Source: Octopus bimaculoides
Lineage: Eukaryota
Direction of reading: 5' to 3'
Assembly (NCBI RefSeq): GCF_001194135.2
Contig: NC_068983.1
Location: forward strand, 22,446,329-22,510,328
DNA: 64,000 bases
Part shown: one piece after another, positions 1-12,118 of the stretch
Layout: each line of letters starts with the position of its first letter
Numbering within the stretch: position 1 is the stretch's first letter
The notes under the pieces: model-generated
What the model saw: the letters and a program-made list of their open reading frames with translations, nothing else
Told to the model about the DNA's origin: nothing
Database searches by the model: none
Program-made: the position numbers and the translations under genes

Positions 1-59
1 GGTGACATTAAATCAGATGACAGATAATGTCTACTATCCAAAAACAGGAACAGTCTCAC

Positions 60-420
60 CAACTGGTTCTCACACAGCTGCCATGTATCCAATTTCACTC
101 TCAGTAATTTGGTCGACTCCAAACTCTAGAAGACACTTCTCCAAGGTGTTGTACAGTAAGACTGAACCTGAAAGGTAGCGAGCCTGCTTAGCGGTATTGA
201 CGTTCTGAGTTCAAATCCCGCCGAGGTTGACTTTGCCTTTCATCCTTTCAGGGTCGATAAATTAAGTACCAGTTACGCACTGGAGTTGATATAATCGACT
301 TAATCCCTTTGTTTGTCTCCTCTATGTTTAGCCCCTTGTGGGCAATAAAGAAATTAGATTGAACCTGAAACCATATCGTTATGAAGAAGTTTATGATCAT
401 ACAACTGGGAACTAAATTTA
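60..420 (-). mobile_element. Diverged family A SINE head, interrupted by a family B SINE
   Basis: Reverse complement of the A head (agaagacact...ccaaggtg...gactgaacctgaaacc) is split by the 174-356 insert. Confidence 0.6.
174..356 (+). mobile_element. Family B SINE (internally deleted head) with 14-bp TSD
   Basis: Contains ttctgagttcaaatcc box B-like motif, the tttgcctttcatcctttcagggtcgataaattaagtaccag core and the cccttgtgggcaataaagaaa tail. Flanked by gactgaacctgaaa (160-173) and gattgaacctgaaa (357-370). Confidence 0.85.
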
Positions 421-714
421 AAACTTCAGAAAGCAAGACATCTGCTAAGTATTCACTCAATAACCTTTGCGATGCAGTAACTGCACTTATCAGTCATGTA
501 CTGCATCCTAGCAACATTTGAAGTTAACAGTTATTGATGCTGTTGTTAACCTTAGCTATATCTGATCTGGGCTGCTTGGGTTGAATTACAGACCTGTTTA
601 AAATCATCATTATAATGAAATAACCTTCTTTAGGGAGGAGTCTAATACAACAGCAAATATACCGAACTTAAATGAGTAGAAATAATTTAAGAATAAAAAG
701 TACTCCCCCTAGTA

Positions 715-1009
715 CAGGGGTTTTCAAACTTTTTGACTTGCAGATTCCTTTATATTTCAGGCTTTACTTTAGGGACCTCCTTATAAACGCTTATGAAATT
801 TATACATAAATATTTGCTTAAAATAACATATTTTTACATTTATTTATTTAACAGTATTTAACAAATAGGTTTATTGTCAATTAAAAGATTTCGATTAAAA
901 AACATATATAAAATCAAATCGCCCATAAAAAGTATTTGCTGTCCACGGACCCCTTGTCTTGTCCATGCGGACCCCCTGTGGTCCGCGGACCACAGTTTGA
1001 AAACCCCTG
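715..1009 (+). mobile_element. Non-autonomous hAT (Charlie-like) MITE, 295 bp
   Basis: TIRs CAGGGGTTTTCAAACT / AGTTTGAAAACCCCTG; perfect 8-bp TSD ccctagta at 707-714 and 1010-1017. Confidence 0.92.
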
Positions 1010-1584
1010 CCCTAGTATATAACTATGATGATGACAATTGTTGCCATATTATCTTAGGGAAAGAACACACTGGACATTGATCCAAGATACATTATGTCTC
1101 TAAAACAAAAGCGAAATTTTCACCGCTGGAAATACCTTTTGATTATAAGACTGCTTGATTGGAGCTGGCCTCAGGTCAAATCATAACAATGACAACAATC
1201 AAATGATCTAACTGCACCAAGAGAGCCCCTTAAGTACACAACAAATCAGTTACAGCGCATTTAAGCTCAAAACTTATGAATTGATAGCTCAAACAGAGCT
1301 GTCTCAGACAAGCTATCCATCAATAATAACTGCCACTTTACTAATCTCACAAAATTTAGTCAGTTCTGTGCCTAATGGTCACATCTAATGTTGTTAGAAA
1401 TATAAAAATGATTACCATATTCCAATATAAAAAGCATGGGTTATATAACTAAATAAATGAACAAATAAATAAAAGTAATATTGATTCTTCTGATAGATAT
1501 AGTGCAAACATATAACACTGTGCATTCAAGTTTAAAGTTCAGGAAGATTTACATATTACATAGCATCTTATCTATGTTATCTGT

Positions 1585-1930
<346 letters not shown>

Positions 1931-2660
1931 GTGCTAAAACACACATACAAACATGGTGTTTTGAACATCTACTTTACAAAACTATTGACACACAAAAGAA
2001 AAAAGGTGGTTTAGTACAAGTAACAAAATAATGAAGAGTGAGAGGAGGAAAAGTTGGAGTAAAGAGAGAAAGAAAAGCAGACATGGCGAGAGGAAGACAG
2101 AACCACAAAATGGTTCTCTGGAACTCTCAATGGAAGTATGAGTTCAACCTACCTCCCCCCATTCAGATATCAGCGGCAGTACCACCACCACTACATCACC
2201 ATCCCCGCAACAACCATGGTCAAGATAAAATTGATGGAATGAAACTAAGACCATTTTAACAGACAAGAAGCATTAATGTTAAGCTAAGTTGATATGTTAC
2301 AGTTCTTTAATAACAGACAAGATGAAAGAGGGGAAAGCGCATGTGTGGGGGAGGGTGATAAAAAGAAGAAGAAAAAAATCTCATGATAAAGAAGAACAAA
2401 GAGAGGAAGAAGAAGAGACACCATTAAAAGCAATAATAGAGTAGTGAGGAAGCTAATGTCAGGGAGAAGATCTAACCACAATTGACTAGATAAAAGATCA
2501 ATATCACTAATCATAAAAAGCAGATGAAGATATACATTAAATCTCAATACAACAATATGGCAATCCCTTTATGTACAAAATTCCATGGTTTTCTGCTTAG
2601 TTTTAATTTGTACAAAGTTTTTTTTTCTTTGTTGCTGCTATTGTTAATTTACTTTTCTTT

Positions 2661-2693
<33 letters not shown>

Positions 2694-2953
2694 ATGTTAG
2701 TACAATCAAATGTTATAGAGCAAGACGCAAACATTTGCTAAGAAGAGACAACAAAATGGTGGTATGAGGTCACTGCTTGAAGACATTTACTTCAGATACA
2801 CCACTTACTGCCATTGGAAAAGGCATAAACATCACACAACTTCAATTTCATCTTCTCACAAGTAAAATAAGCAGCAAATATATTTGACCTTTTCTGCTAA
2901 ATTGTGTGATATTTTGAGTTATAGTTCTAATTGTTTTTGACATGTCAAGGAAT

Positions 2954-3225
2954 GACGATTCTTTTGCCGTGCTGCCAAAGGGAGACAATTTTCCAACCAT
3001 GCTGCAAAGAAGAGACAATTCTGTAATCAAGCTGCCAAAGGGGTACCAATTTGACTGGGATATTGCTGAAGAGTATGGACAGTACAGTCATCGTATGGTC
3101 AAGGGATGACAATTCAGTTACTATACTGCCAGAACTGTCGTCCTGCTACCATACTACAAAGGAACAACAATTCTACAACACAATGCTACCAAGTAATGCT
3201 AATTCTGCTACTAATACTGCCATGG
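2954..3225 (+). repeat. Degenerate ~30-bp tandem repeat, about 7-8 units
   Basis: Units start at 2954, 2984, 3014, 3044 (34 bp), 3078 and 3108, sharing GACAATT...CTGCCAAAG; weaker units follow near 3166 and 3198. Confidence 0.7.
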
Positions 3226-3765
3226 CTTTTGGCAATCTCATCAGGCAGAAAAAAAAACAATCAGATTTGTTGATCTTAGCTACAAATGCCTAAAAGTACT
3301 TGCAAATAAACGGACTAATTAACACAAAAGTCACTCTCAAACAACACACTCAAACCTCTGACCCACAGACATGCTGTCTCCCCATTGCCTTTGCTGCAGT
3401 GTGACCTCTGCTCCTCAAAGCACACTGATCTTATCCAGCTTCCACACAGGCATTCCTGACTCAATCCATCTTGTCTTGTCGCCCCTGCCCTTGAGTCAAA
3501 AGCTCACCAACCATAACCTTCAGTTCCTGCAGCAGCCACTAGGTCCAGTTCTTCCTCTCCAGTTATTTCCTGCAGCTAGAAACTAAAAACTACAGATACA
3601 GCACCACCTTTCCAGATACCAATGGTCAAGAACCTCTTATAATCCATAATTTATCAGTAAGAACTTCTAATTTCTGTAGTTGCTACACTAGTTTACTGGG
3701 CAGCTCTATTCCACAGTACCTTGTACTGAACAGGATTAATAAGCTTGTGTTATCTATACAAGTAC

Positions 3766-3888
3766 CTGTATTTCATATACTTATTGAAGTAAATTTGATG
3801 TTTGTTTAATTTAGAGGTGACACCCCTCATGCATTCAGTAATCTTGGAAGGGTTTGGAATAGAAAGTTCCAGAAAATCCATGCTGTAC
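3766..3888 (-). CDS. Candidate internal exon, unidentified (YSMDFLELSIPNPSKITECMRGVTSKLNKHQIYFNKYMKYR)
   Basis: T-run acceptor (ttttttaatacag), donor CAG|GTACTT, 123 nt open in phase 2-2; no homology recognised. Confidence 0.25.
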
Positions 3889-4357
3889 CTGTATTAAAAA
3901 AAAAACATATTAACCAGTTTTGGAAGGCCTGCAAAAGAACACAGGCATAGATCTTGGTTTAAATTACTATATTATACAGGTCAATCACTGGTATAAATCT
4001 GATAAATTTCAACGAGACCTAATAATATAGCATGTCATGTAACATGATTATCAGACATTTCTGTATGTGAAAACATATTGTTTATAGCTTAGTATTTAGT
4101 TTAAATGCAAAAAAGGGAAGGAAAAAACGATATGTGGGTTATAGCACAATTATATGATAAACACCAAATATGCTTCCAGCACAGAAATGTTTGATGATTA
4201 ACAAGGCATTCCACAAGTCTAATAAAAATTAATGGATGCCTATCAAAGTAAAAATCAGCATTATATTTTGGTACAACAGCTTGCACAACTGATTACATAT
4301 ACCTGAGTTCAAACAAGCATTGTTGTGTCTATCGACAAAAGACCAACCAATTCATAC

Positions 4358-4460
4358 TTCTTCAGTCTGCTAAGCTCACAAACAGGTTCTAATTTTACCA
4401 ATGCAGTTGTATTGTTAATATAAAGCAGAAAAGAGCATCTAGCAGCAAACAGAATTTCTT
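4358..4460 (-). CDS. Candidate exon, unidentified (EILFAARCSFLLYINNTTALVKLEPVCELSRLK)
   Basis: Acceptor tattgcag; donor GAA|GTATGA ends in phase 2, compatible with 3766-3888. An alternative donor at 4302 would include a stop codon. Confidence 0.22.
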
Positions 4461-4829
4461 CTGCAATACATAAATTTGCATTAAAACAAAAAATAAAAAA
4501 AATTTTTTTAAATGTTAATAAATCCAGCCATACCAGTATATGGGGCAGAGGTTGGATAAAAACAGTAGAACTTGTTATTATTAAATATTGTTTAGAATTC
4601 ATTTTACCATATTTGCTTCAGGGCTTGCTTACACCCCCTACACTGGGAGAAATGTTGCAGTTGATTGTCTTCTTGTTGTGAACCAACTATGAGGTAAAAG
4701 AAAAGTACCTAACCTGTTTTTGTTAGTCTGGTGAAACTGGAATTAAATAGAGTTATACGTCTCGCTCACAGGCATCACACAGTTACTATGATGGTATATC
4801 TTAGATTTATGATCACATAGTACGCTTGT

Positions 4830-5213
4830 GTGGAGGCGCAATGGCCCAGTGGTTAGGGCAGCGGACTCGCGGTCATAGGATCGCGGTTTCGATTCCCAGA
4901 CCGGGTGCTATGAGTGTTTATTGAGCGAAAACACCTAAAAGCTCCACGAAGCTCCGGCAGGGGATGGTGGCTAACCCTGCTGTACTCTTCCACCACAACT
5001 TTCTCTCACTCTTTCTTCCTGTTTCTGTTATGCCTGTAATTCAAAGGGTCAGCCTTGTCACACTGCGTCACGCTGAATATCCCCGAGAACTACGTCAAGG
5101 GTACATGTGTCTGTGGAGTGCTCAGCCACTTGCACGTTAATTTCACGAGCAAGCTGTTCCGTTGATCGATCAACTGGAACCCTCGACATCGTAAGCAACG
5201 AAATTCCAACAAC
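4830..5213 (+). mobile_element. Family C tRNA-derived SINE, near full length (possibly an octopus OR-type SINE)
   Basis: Head ggcgcaatggcccagtggttagggcagcggactc...ggtttcgattccc has box A/box B; CpG-rich, so probably young. A reverse-complement tail fragment recurs near 61865-61945. Confidence 0.8.
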
Positions 5214-5522
5214 AAGTACTCCTGTGACATTCTTAATTGGCCATCTGCAAAGCTTTCTATTCTTTAATAAAGGGAGTATGATTAATATGGGAAGCTGCAT
5301 GGTATTTGATCATGTTTGCTAGTGAGATGCTAATGTGATGTGTTTATATACACATAAACAATAGTTTCCTGTAAATAAACATTCACACATGTTTTATTAT
5401 CATTTAGTTAAAAGAAAAGAGGAAAACCGAAGGCTTTTCCAGGCTCTTGCACATGGATGAGATCAACATTCTTACTTTTCAGTTTAAACTACTGAGTTAA
5501 TGCTACTGTTTAACTGAGTCTA

Positions 5523-5747
5523 TAATTCATTATTGCCCACAAGGGGCTAAACATAGAGGGGACAAACAAGGACAGACAAAGGGATTAAGTCGATTACATC
5601 GACCTCAGTATGTAACTGGTACTTGTTTAATCGACCCTGAAAGGATGAAAGGCAAAGTTGACCTCGGCGGAATTTGAACTCGGAATGTAGCGGCAGACGA
5701 AATACCGCTAACCATTTCGCCTGGCGTGCTAACGATTCTGCCAGCAA
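5523..5747 (-). mobile_element. Family B SINE with 12-bp TSD
   Basis: Near-consensus B sequence; taactgagtcta at 5511-5522 and 5748-5759. Confidence 0.9.
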
Positions 5748-6204
5748 TAACTGAGTCTAGTATATGATATAATCTCCCTATTGCATAAAGATAAGCAGAC
5801 AAAAAAAAAAAAGTAACCACTGTGAGTACTGCACTCAGTAATATAACCATTCTGCTAATGGTGAAATCTTCATGCCAATATTAAGCTTTACGACTGCTAT
5901 TACTGCTACTTCTACTCCTTCATTAAGTCTTTGAGACATATAGTTATGTACATGTTCAGATGAGTCAACAACTGAGCCTTGTACACGGTTGGTTTCATAA
6001 GCAGAAGATAAATATAGCTGTCAAAGCTACCTCACATCACAACCCCAGTCTTTCAATAATCAAAAACAAACAAAAAAAATTTTCTTTTAAAACACCAATA
6101 ATATAGCCCTGATGCTCAAATTAAAATTGGGATGAGCATAGCTGGAATACCTTTGATCAATCGGTCTTCTTGAACAGAGCTGAAATGCGGTAAAATAATT
6201 TCTT

Positions 6205-6600
6205 TGCTAACATATGCACAGACATGGCTTCAGGTTCAGCTCCACTGCACAGCACTTTGGGCAAGTGTCTTCTAGTATAGCCGTGAACTGACAAATGCCT
6301 TGCAAGTGAATTTGGGAGATGGAAACTGTGTGTAAGCCTTTGACTGACCGATGGATCGATCGATCGATCGATTGGTCGATCTTTGTGCTGGTCGCCCCAC
6401 CACCACCATTTGACCAATGGTACTGGTTTGTTTTCCCCCACCCACCCACCTTAACTCCAACAAAAAAAAAAACAATAGACTTTAAAAAATAGTACTAGAG
6501 ACAATTTGTTTGATAAAAACCTGTTAAGGCATTGCTCCATCATGGTCACAGTCTTATGACTGAAACAAGTAAAAAAAACAAGTAAAAAGATAAAATAGAT
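6205..6600 (+). mobile_element. Diverged family A SINE with (GATC)n in its internal microsatellite slot
   Basis: A head (ggttcagctccactgcacagcactttgggcaagtgtcttct), (GATC)n-rich tract at about 6354-6381, A-type tail gactgaaacaagtaaaa. Confidence 0.65.
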
Positions 6601-6649
6601 AAGCACAAGGCTGAAACTTTGAAGAGAAGAGGAAGGCTTAATCAAATTT

Positions 6650-6916
6650 NNNNNNNNNNNNNNNNNNNNNNNNNNNNNNNNNNNNNNNNNNNNNNNNNNN
6701 NNNNNNNNNNNNNNNNNNNNNNNNNNNNNNNNNNNNNNNNNNNNNNNNNNNNNNNNNNNNNNNNNNNNNNNNNNNNNNNNNNNNNNNNNNNNNNNNNNNN
6801 NNNNNNNNNNNNNNNNNNNNNNNNNNNNNNNNNNNNNNNNNNNNNNNNNNNNNNNNNNNNNNNNNNNNNNNNNNNNNNNNNNNNNNNNNNNNNNNNNNNN
6901 NNNNNNNNNNNNNNNN
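6650..6916. other. Assembly gap (others: 15783-16009, 25483-25492, 26048-26293, 37409-37472, 38391-38400, 43320-43583, 46550-46559, 60333-60342)
   Basis: Runs of N. Confidence 1.
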
Positions 6917-7172
6917 ATGTATATATATATGTGTGTATGTATGTGTGTTTGTGTGTCTGTGTTTGTCCCCCCACCATCACTTGACAACCGATAGTGGTGT
7001 GTTTACGTCCCTGTAACTTAGCGGTTCGGCAAAAGAGACCGATAGAATAAGTACTAGGCTTCCAAAGAATAAGTCCTGGGGGCGATTTGCTCGACTAAAG
7101 GCGGTGCTCCAGCATGGCTGCAGTCAAATGACTGAAACATGGCTGCAGTCAAATGACTGAAACAAGTAAAAA
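6917..7172 (+). mobile_element. Family A SINE 3' half, following the gap
   Basis: cttgacaaccgat...gtaacttagcggttcggcaaaagagaccgatagaataagtactagg...cagtcaaatgactgaaacaagt; short tandem duplication near the tail. Confidence 0.88.
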
Positions 7173-7904
7173 AAAAAAAAAATCTCCAGAAAGATCAAAC
7201 GCAAAGTTAACCTCAGCGGGATCTGAACCCAGAACACAGACGTCCAGAACAAATCACTTGCAATGCATTCTACCTACTGCTGTACAACACTGCCAATTCA
7301 CCACTCTTCCTGGAGAGAGGTGTTATGGTTATATACACACAAATATTCCAACTATAGACATAAATATTCCAAAGTAAATATTCAAACAAACAGTTGGTGG
7401 TAATGGCATGTGAGGCAATTCAATAAGGTATTTTTCTCCAATATACACACACCTACAAATCATAACATGTCAATATTATGTAGTTCTTGCATGAAAGAGA
7501 GGTAAGTTCATTACAGATATATGTAGCTGTTATATAGACAATAATACACTTCACATGCCTGATCACAATTAATCCATAGTTGAGCTATAGATTAATCACT
7601 TCCGAGAAGGATCTTGATCTTTTTATTTTCATTGCTGTTGTTATCGTTGTTGGTAATCAGTATTACATTACAAATAGAATAATAATAGCTGAACACCACC
7701 AAAGTAAAGAAAACAACACCTTCGCTCAGCTGCTGTACACTTACAAACACAAACATGACCACACACACAGAGAAGGTAAAGCATATACAGACAAAGCAAA
7801 ACGTAGACACAGCCCAGGCAAAAACAAAGTAAAACACACACAGAGACAAAGTAAAACACATGCACACACACACACACACACACGCACACGGATAAAACAT
7901 ACAC

Positions 7905-7942
<38 letters not shown>

Positions 7943-8669
7943 AAAACACATACAGAAGTAAAATACAAACAGAAACAAAACACCTGCACACATTGCTTAA
8001 GCTCTAGTAAAAAAGAAAAGAAAAAAAACTAATCATTATGTGCAGGCATGACTGTTTGATTAAGATGCTAGCTTTGTGACCATGTGGTTTTGAGTTCAGT
8101 CCCACTATGCAGCACCCTGGGAAAATTATTGCCTTGTGAGTGAATATAGTAAACAGAAAGCGTGTGGAAGCCTAAGATTGTATCATTGTGTGTTGCTAAA
8201 TAAATCTTTGCAAGTCCATGTCTCATCATTCAGGTCCCTACCCTAACCCCTTCAATTACTCCTTTCTCCCTGAAAAAATGAAATCTCAGAAATTCACTTC
8301 CCAATCATAGATATATTCACATGCATCAATTTCGTAAGTATTGTAGGACCAGCAACCATCATGATCACAGCTCTTTCATATAAGACACACACATATATGG
8401 GAAAAACTTTATCTTACAAACAGTTGTCTTAATTCACATATAGTTATACACTTGGGCTATAATTTTGAATACTTAATTGGTAAATTTTGAATACCTAAAT
8501 GGTAAATTAGTATTTCTCTGAAGAACTACTTGTGAAACAAGACAGCTGGCTTGTAAGAATGAATATTATTTGATAAAACTTCACAAATGTATTTGTATTG
8601 AGTACTTTTCATTCACAATGTCAGTAATAACTGTATTTAACCATATATATTTATATATATCACCATCAT

Positions 8670-9035
8670 TGTTTAACGTCCACTTTCCATGCTGGCATGG
8701 GTTGGATGAAGAAATGTATATACATATGCACAGCGCTCATCATGTGAAAAGCATTCTACAGCCTGATGCCCTTCCTGATGCCAACCCCCACCTGTTGCCA
8801 AGCGAGGTAGTTTTTTCCCTCTCTCTCTCTCTCTCTCTCTATCGGAGAGGCACAAGCACCTACACTCACATATACACACGTGGCAGTAACTTCCAGCTAT
8901 CAAATTCAATCACAAAGCTTCAGTCGGTCTGGGGCTATAGCAGAAGATACCTGCCCAGGGTGCCATGCGGTGGGACTGAACCCAAAACTATGTAGTTGGG
9001 AAGCAAGCTTCCTAACCACACAGCCATGCCCGTGC
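8670..9035 (-). mobile_element. Composite SINE: A-type head plus I-type (RTE-like) tail
   Basis: Reverse-complement A head at about 8880-9035 joined to gatgcccttcctgatgccaacc...tttaacgtccactttccatgc. Confidence 0.65.
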
Positions 9036-9057
9036 CTACATATATACATTATATATA

Positions 9058-9176
9058 AGGCGGTGAGCTGGCAGAAATGTTAGCACGCCGGGCAAAATGC
9101 TTAGTGGTATTTCGTGTCTTTACATTCTGAATTGAAATTTCGAGGTCAACTTTGCCTTTCATCTTTACGGGGTCAT
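9058..9176 (+). mobile_element. Family B SINE 5' part
   Basis: aaggcggtgagctggcagaaatgttagcacgccgggcaaaatgcttagtgg...tttgcctttcatc. Confidence 0.8.
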
Positions 9177-9219
9177 ATAGAGACAGTCAGCCAAACACAC
9201 AGGCACACAGGCATGCATG

Positions 9220-9272
<53 letters not shown>

Positions 9273-10724
9273 GCTTAGCACAGATTTCATCTATCAAACT
9301 CACTCAAAAGACATTAAATGTCCTAGGGTTATAGTAAAAGACACTCGCCCATTCTATTTAACACTGATTGTGAAGGTCGATGTGCTCAACTAATTTACAA
9401 CATAGTCAAGCATTCAAACATTACAAACTATAAAGCTTAGGTGTTAAATGCATATGAACAAGGCACATCATTCTACTTGCTTCAGTCAGCAAGGCTGACA
9501 AAGCATTGACTAAGAGCAGATTGGATTTCTTTAATAGTTGGATGCTTAACAATAGAAAAGACATCCAGCTGTAAAAGTAATTTGCAAAAACAATATGCAA
9601 AAGCAATGAGCTGAAGAAGGAAAAAAAAAAAGAACTATCTTATTCATGGAAGCATCAATGGAAATACATGCAACAAATGCGTGTGTGTAAGCATGTATGA
9701 CTGTATTGAATGAAATAATGCTTAGTCTTATGATGGTATACAAAGATGTTGTCAACCTGCAAAACAATGCAGGTAATTCAGTGTTCAAACAAAAGGAGCA
9801 ACAATTTAATCCAGGTGAGAGAATCTCACAAGACCACACTTCTCATAATGCATACATAATTTTGCAAACAAAAATCATTTTAATTAATTGTACCGTCACT
9901 TTCTTGAGTTCAAAGCACACGTACTAAAACTACAGGATAATCCAGTAGTACACCAGCAGATTACATAAGATTATTTCTGTTACCATAGCAATACCTCATG
10001 AGCAATTAAAACTAATCCAATCAAGTGAAAAAAAAAATACTTAATTATGATACAGTGCTGTGCACCTGAGTAATGAAAAGATCTAAAAACAAAAACAAAA
10101 ATCAAAGGCCATGTTTATGAGAAAACATCTAGTCAAGATGGCTGAAAAACTAAAAATAAAATTAATAAAAACTTAGAAAAAGTTTAAACAGCAAAGAAAA
10201 AAAACAAAGCTAAATTCAATATGAACATAATCCACACTATAATCCACAGCTTAAGGCCAAATAATAGGATGAGAAGACACATCAACATGAATGAAGAGGA
10301 GAAAAAGAGAGAGAGAGACTAATATATGTCAAAGAAACAACATAGGAATGAAGACTCATGGGAGTTATTTTTCGTCTTCAGTTAGTTCTTTGAAGTATCA
10401 TCCAGTCCATCATTGCTGCTGCTGCTATTAACAACAATAACAGCAGCAGCATCCTTAATTTGTTTAGGGATTTTTTTGTTTTTTTGTTGTTGTCTTTTAA
10501 TGCAGAAGACAGCATGGAATTTTTAAGTCAGTCATTTATCAATTTAAACAGTCGAAGAAATGGAGGTAAAGTCAGTTCAATTGGAAAACTGAATTTTTGA
10601 GTGAGAGCACTTCATTTTAACACACTCACAAACAAACAAAAAGCAAATTCTAGAAACTCAAGAATAATAGAGATTAGTAAAAAAAAACAAAAAAAAAAAA
10701 CAACTAAGAAATAATTATTTATAT

Positions 10725-10788
10725 TATTTACATTTGACGGATATTTGTCCTCATCTTGTTTGTTAACACAACGTTTCGGCTGATATAC
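10725..10788. mobile_element. Short fragment resembling a Penelope-like element terminal repeat
   Basis: tttacatttgacggatatttgtcctcatcttgtttgttaacacaacgtttcggctgatatac; ACGTTTCG motif typical of PLE termini (from recall, not searched). Confidence 0.4.
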
Positions 10789-11020
10789 AAGAAATAATTA
10801 ACAAACAATTTGCTGGCTTAAATGTTACAGATGAATTTCTCGCTTTTCATCCTTTGAATAGACTTCGATAACAATAATCATATTTAATTTGTTAAATGTG
10901 AACAGTCCCCAGAGTTGAACCTGCTTTCTCCCTTTGCAACATATCTACTACAGTTTAAATAGTTGCTTTTGGATTAGAACTCTGGCCAGTACTGTTTAAG
11001 ATTTTGTGCCACAAAGCCTT

Positions 11021-11215
11021 TAACCCTTTAGCATTCAGATAACTCATTCAAATGTAATGCCTATTTATCCACATTGTTTTGAATTAATCATGCATTACTT
11101 CATGGCTTTAGAATGTCAGTGCTGTGATTGCTATTTTTAGAATGACATTGTAGGGTAGGTGTAAGAGGCTGGGTTTGATCAGTTTGAACATGAATCAGGT
11201 AGAATATTTGGGTTA
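11021..11215 (+). mobile_element. piggyBac-like MITE (family F), 3' truncated
   Basis: Begins ttaaccttttagcattcagat-like and matches the internal sequence of other F copies. Confidence 0.75.
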
Positions 11216-11339
11216 CCTTTGACTACTTTAACTGTTCAAAGTCTTGCCACAGAATGAACACTTTAAACAAAGCATATATTATCAAGATTTCTAGTCATTA
11301 GTATTCTGCCTTTATCGTAGGCACATTGTTCAACAGAAC

Positions 11340-11525
11340 AGCCAACGAGAGCCCTTATGCAGCCACTTGGCCTGCTAGAAATATCACCCAAATCTCCATC
11401 AAATTAGATCCTACTGTCTTAAGAAAGGACACATTGATACTCCTAAAAATATGAGACAGTCACAACTGAAATGCCATTGATTGGTACATTTGATTAGAAC
11501 TAACCTGGAGCTGAATAGCAACATC
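11340..11525 (+). repeat. Unclassified interspersed repeat (family E); related copies near 1130, 6010, 26830, 27020, 35100 and 54356
   Basis: Shared motifs ctagaaatagcagc-like, aaatc(a/t)cacc...ctactgtctt and gaatgcc(t/a)ttgat. Confidence 0.45.
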
Positions 11526-11880
11526 TTACGATAATACAGTCCCCATTTTTAAAAATTAGCAATGGACCTACTTCCGTATAGCAATAAAAGGTAAAGAATA
11601 AAACACGTACAGAATTAGCAACATCAGCATTTAAAATCCACATTTCCATGCTTGCTTGTAAGAGTCATATAAAATTTGTTCAGGCAGATTCTTTTACACA
11701 GTCAAATGCCCTCCCTACTACCAATCTTCACCTGTTTCCAAGCAACTACCCTGTAACTAGACAGGTTTTTCACAGAAGACTGGAAATAAACAACATTGCT
11801 AGTATAACAAAGATGCTAAACAAGGCTACACACATACACAAGCACACACACATACACACACACATTGGGCCTCTTTCAGT

Positions 11881-12118
11881 TTCTTATTTCTTTATTGCCC
11901 ACAAGGGGCTACACACAGAGGGGACAAACAAGAACAGACAAATAGATTAAGTCAATTATATCAACCCCAGTGCGTAACTGATACTTAATTTATCGACCCC
12001 GAAAGGATGAAAGGCAAAGTCAACCTCGGCGGAATTTGAACTCAGAATGTAACGGCAGACGAAACACCGCTAAGCATTTCGCCCAGCGTGCTAACATTTC
12101 TGCCAGCTCACCGCCTTA
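11881..12118 (-). mobile_element. Family B SINE, full length
   Basis: Reverse complement of complete B, from the aaggcggtgagctggcag head to the gggcaataaagaaata tail. Confidence 0.9.

Noticed and set aside
2809-2900. Minus-strand exon ending at a GTAAGT donor (KRSNIFAAYFTCEKMKLKLCDVYAFSNG)
   Set aside because: No convincing polypyrimidine acceptor and no recognisable homology
4838-4905. tRNA-like sequence, also seen in the A, B and H heads
   Set aside because: Box A/B are present, but each continues into a SINE body without a complete cloverleaf; not tRNA genes
9421-9620. Minus-strand acceptor followed by hydrophobic open frames
   Set aside because: All frames stop without a good donor; peptide unrecognised; expected by chance in T-rich DNA
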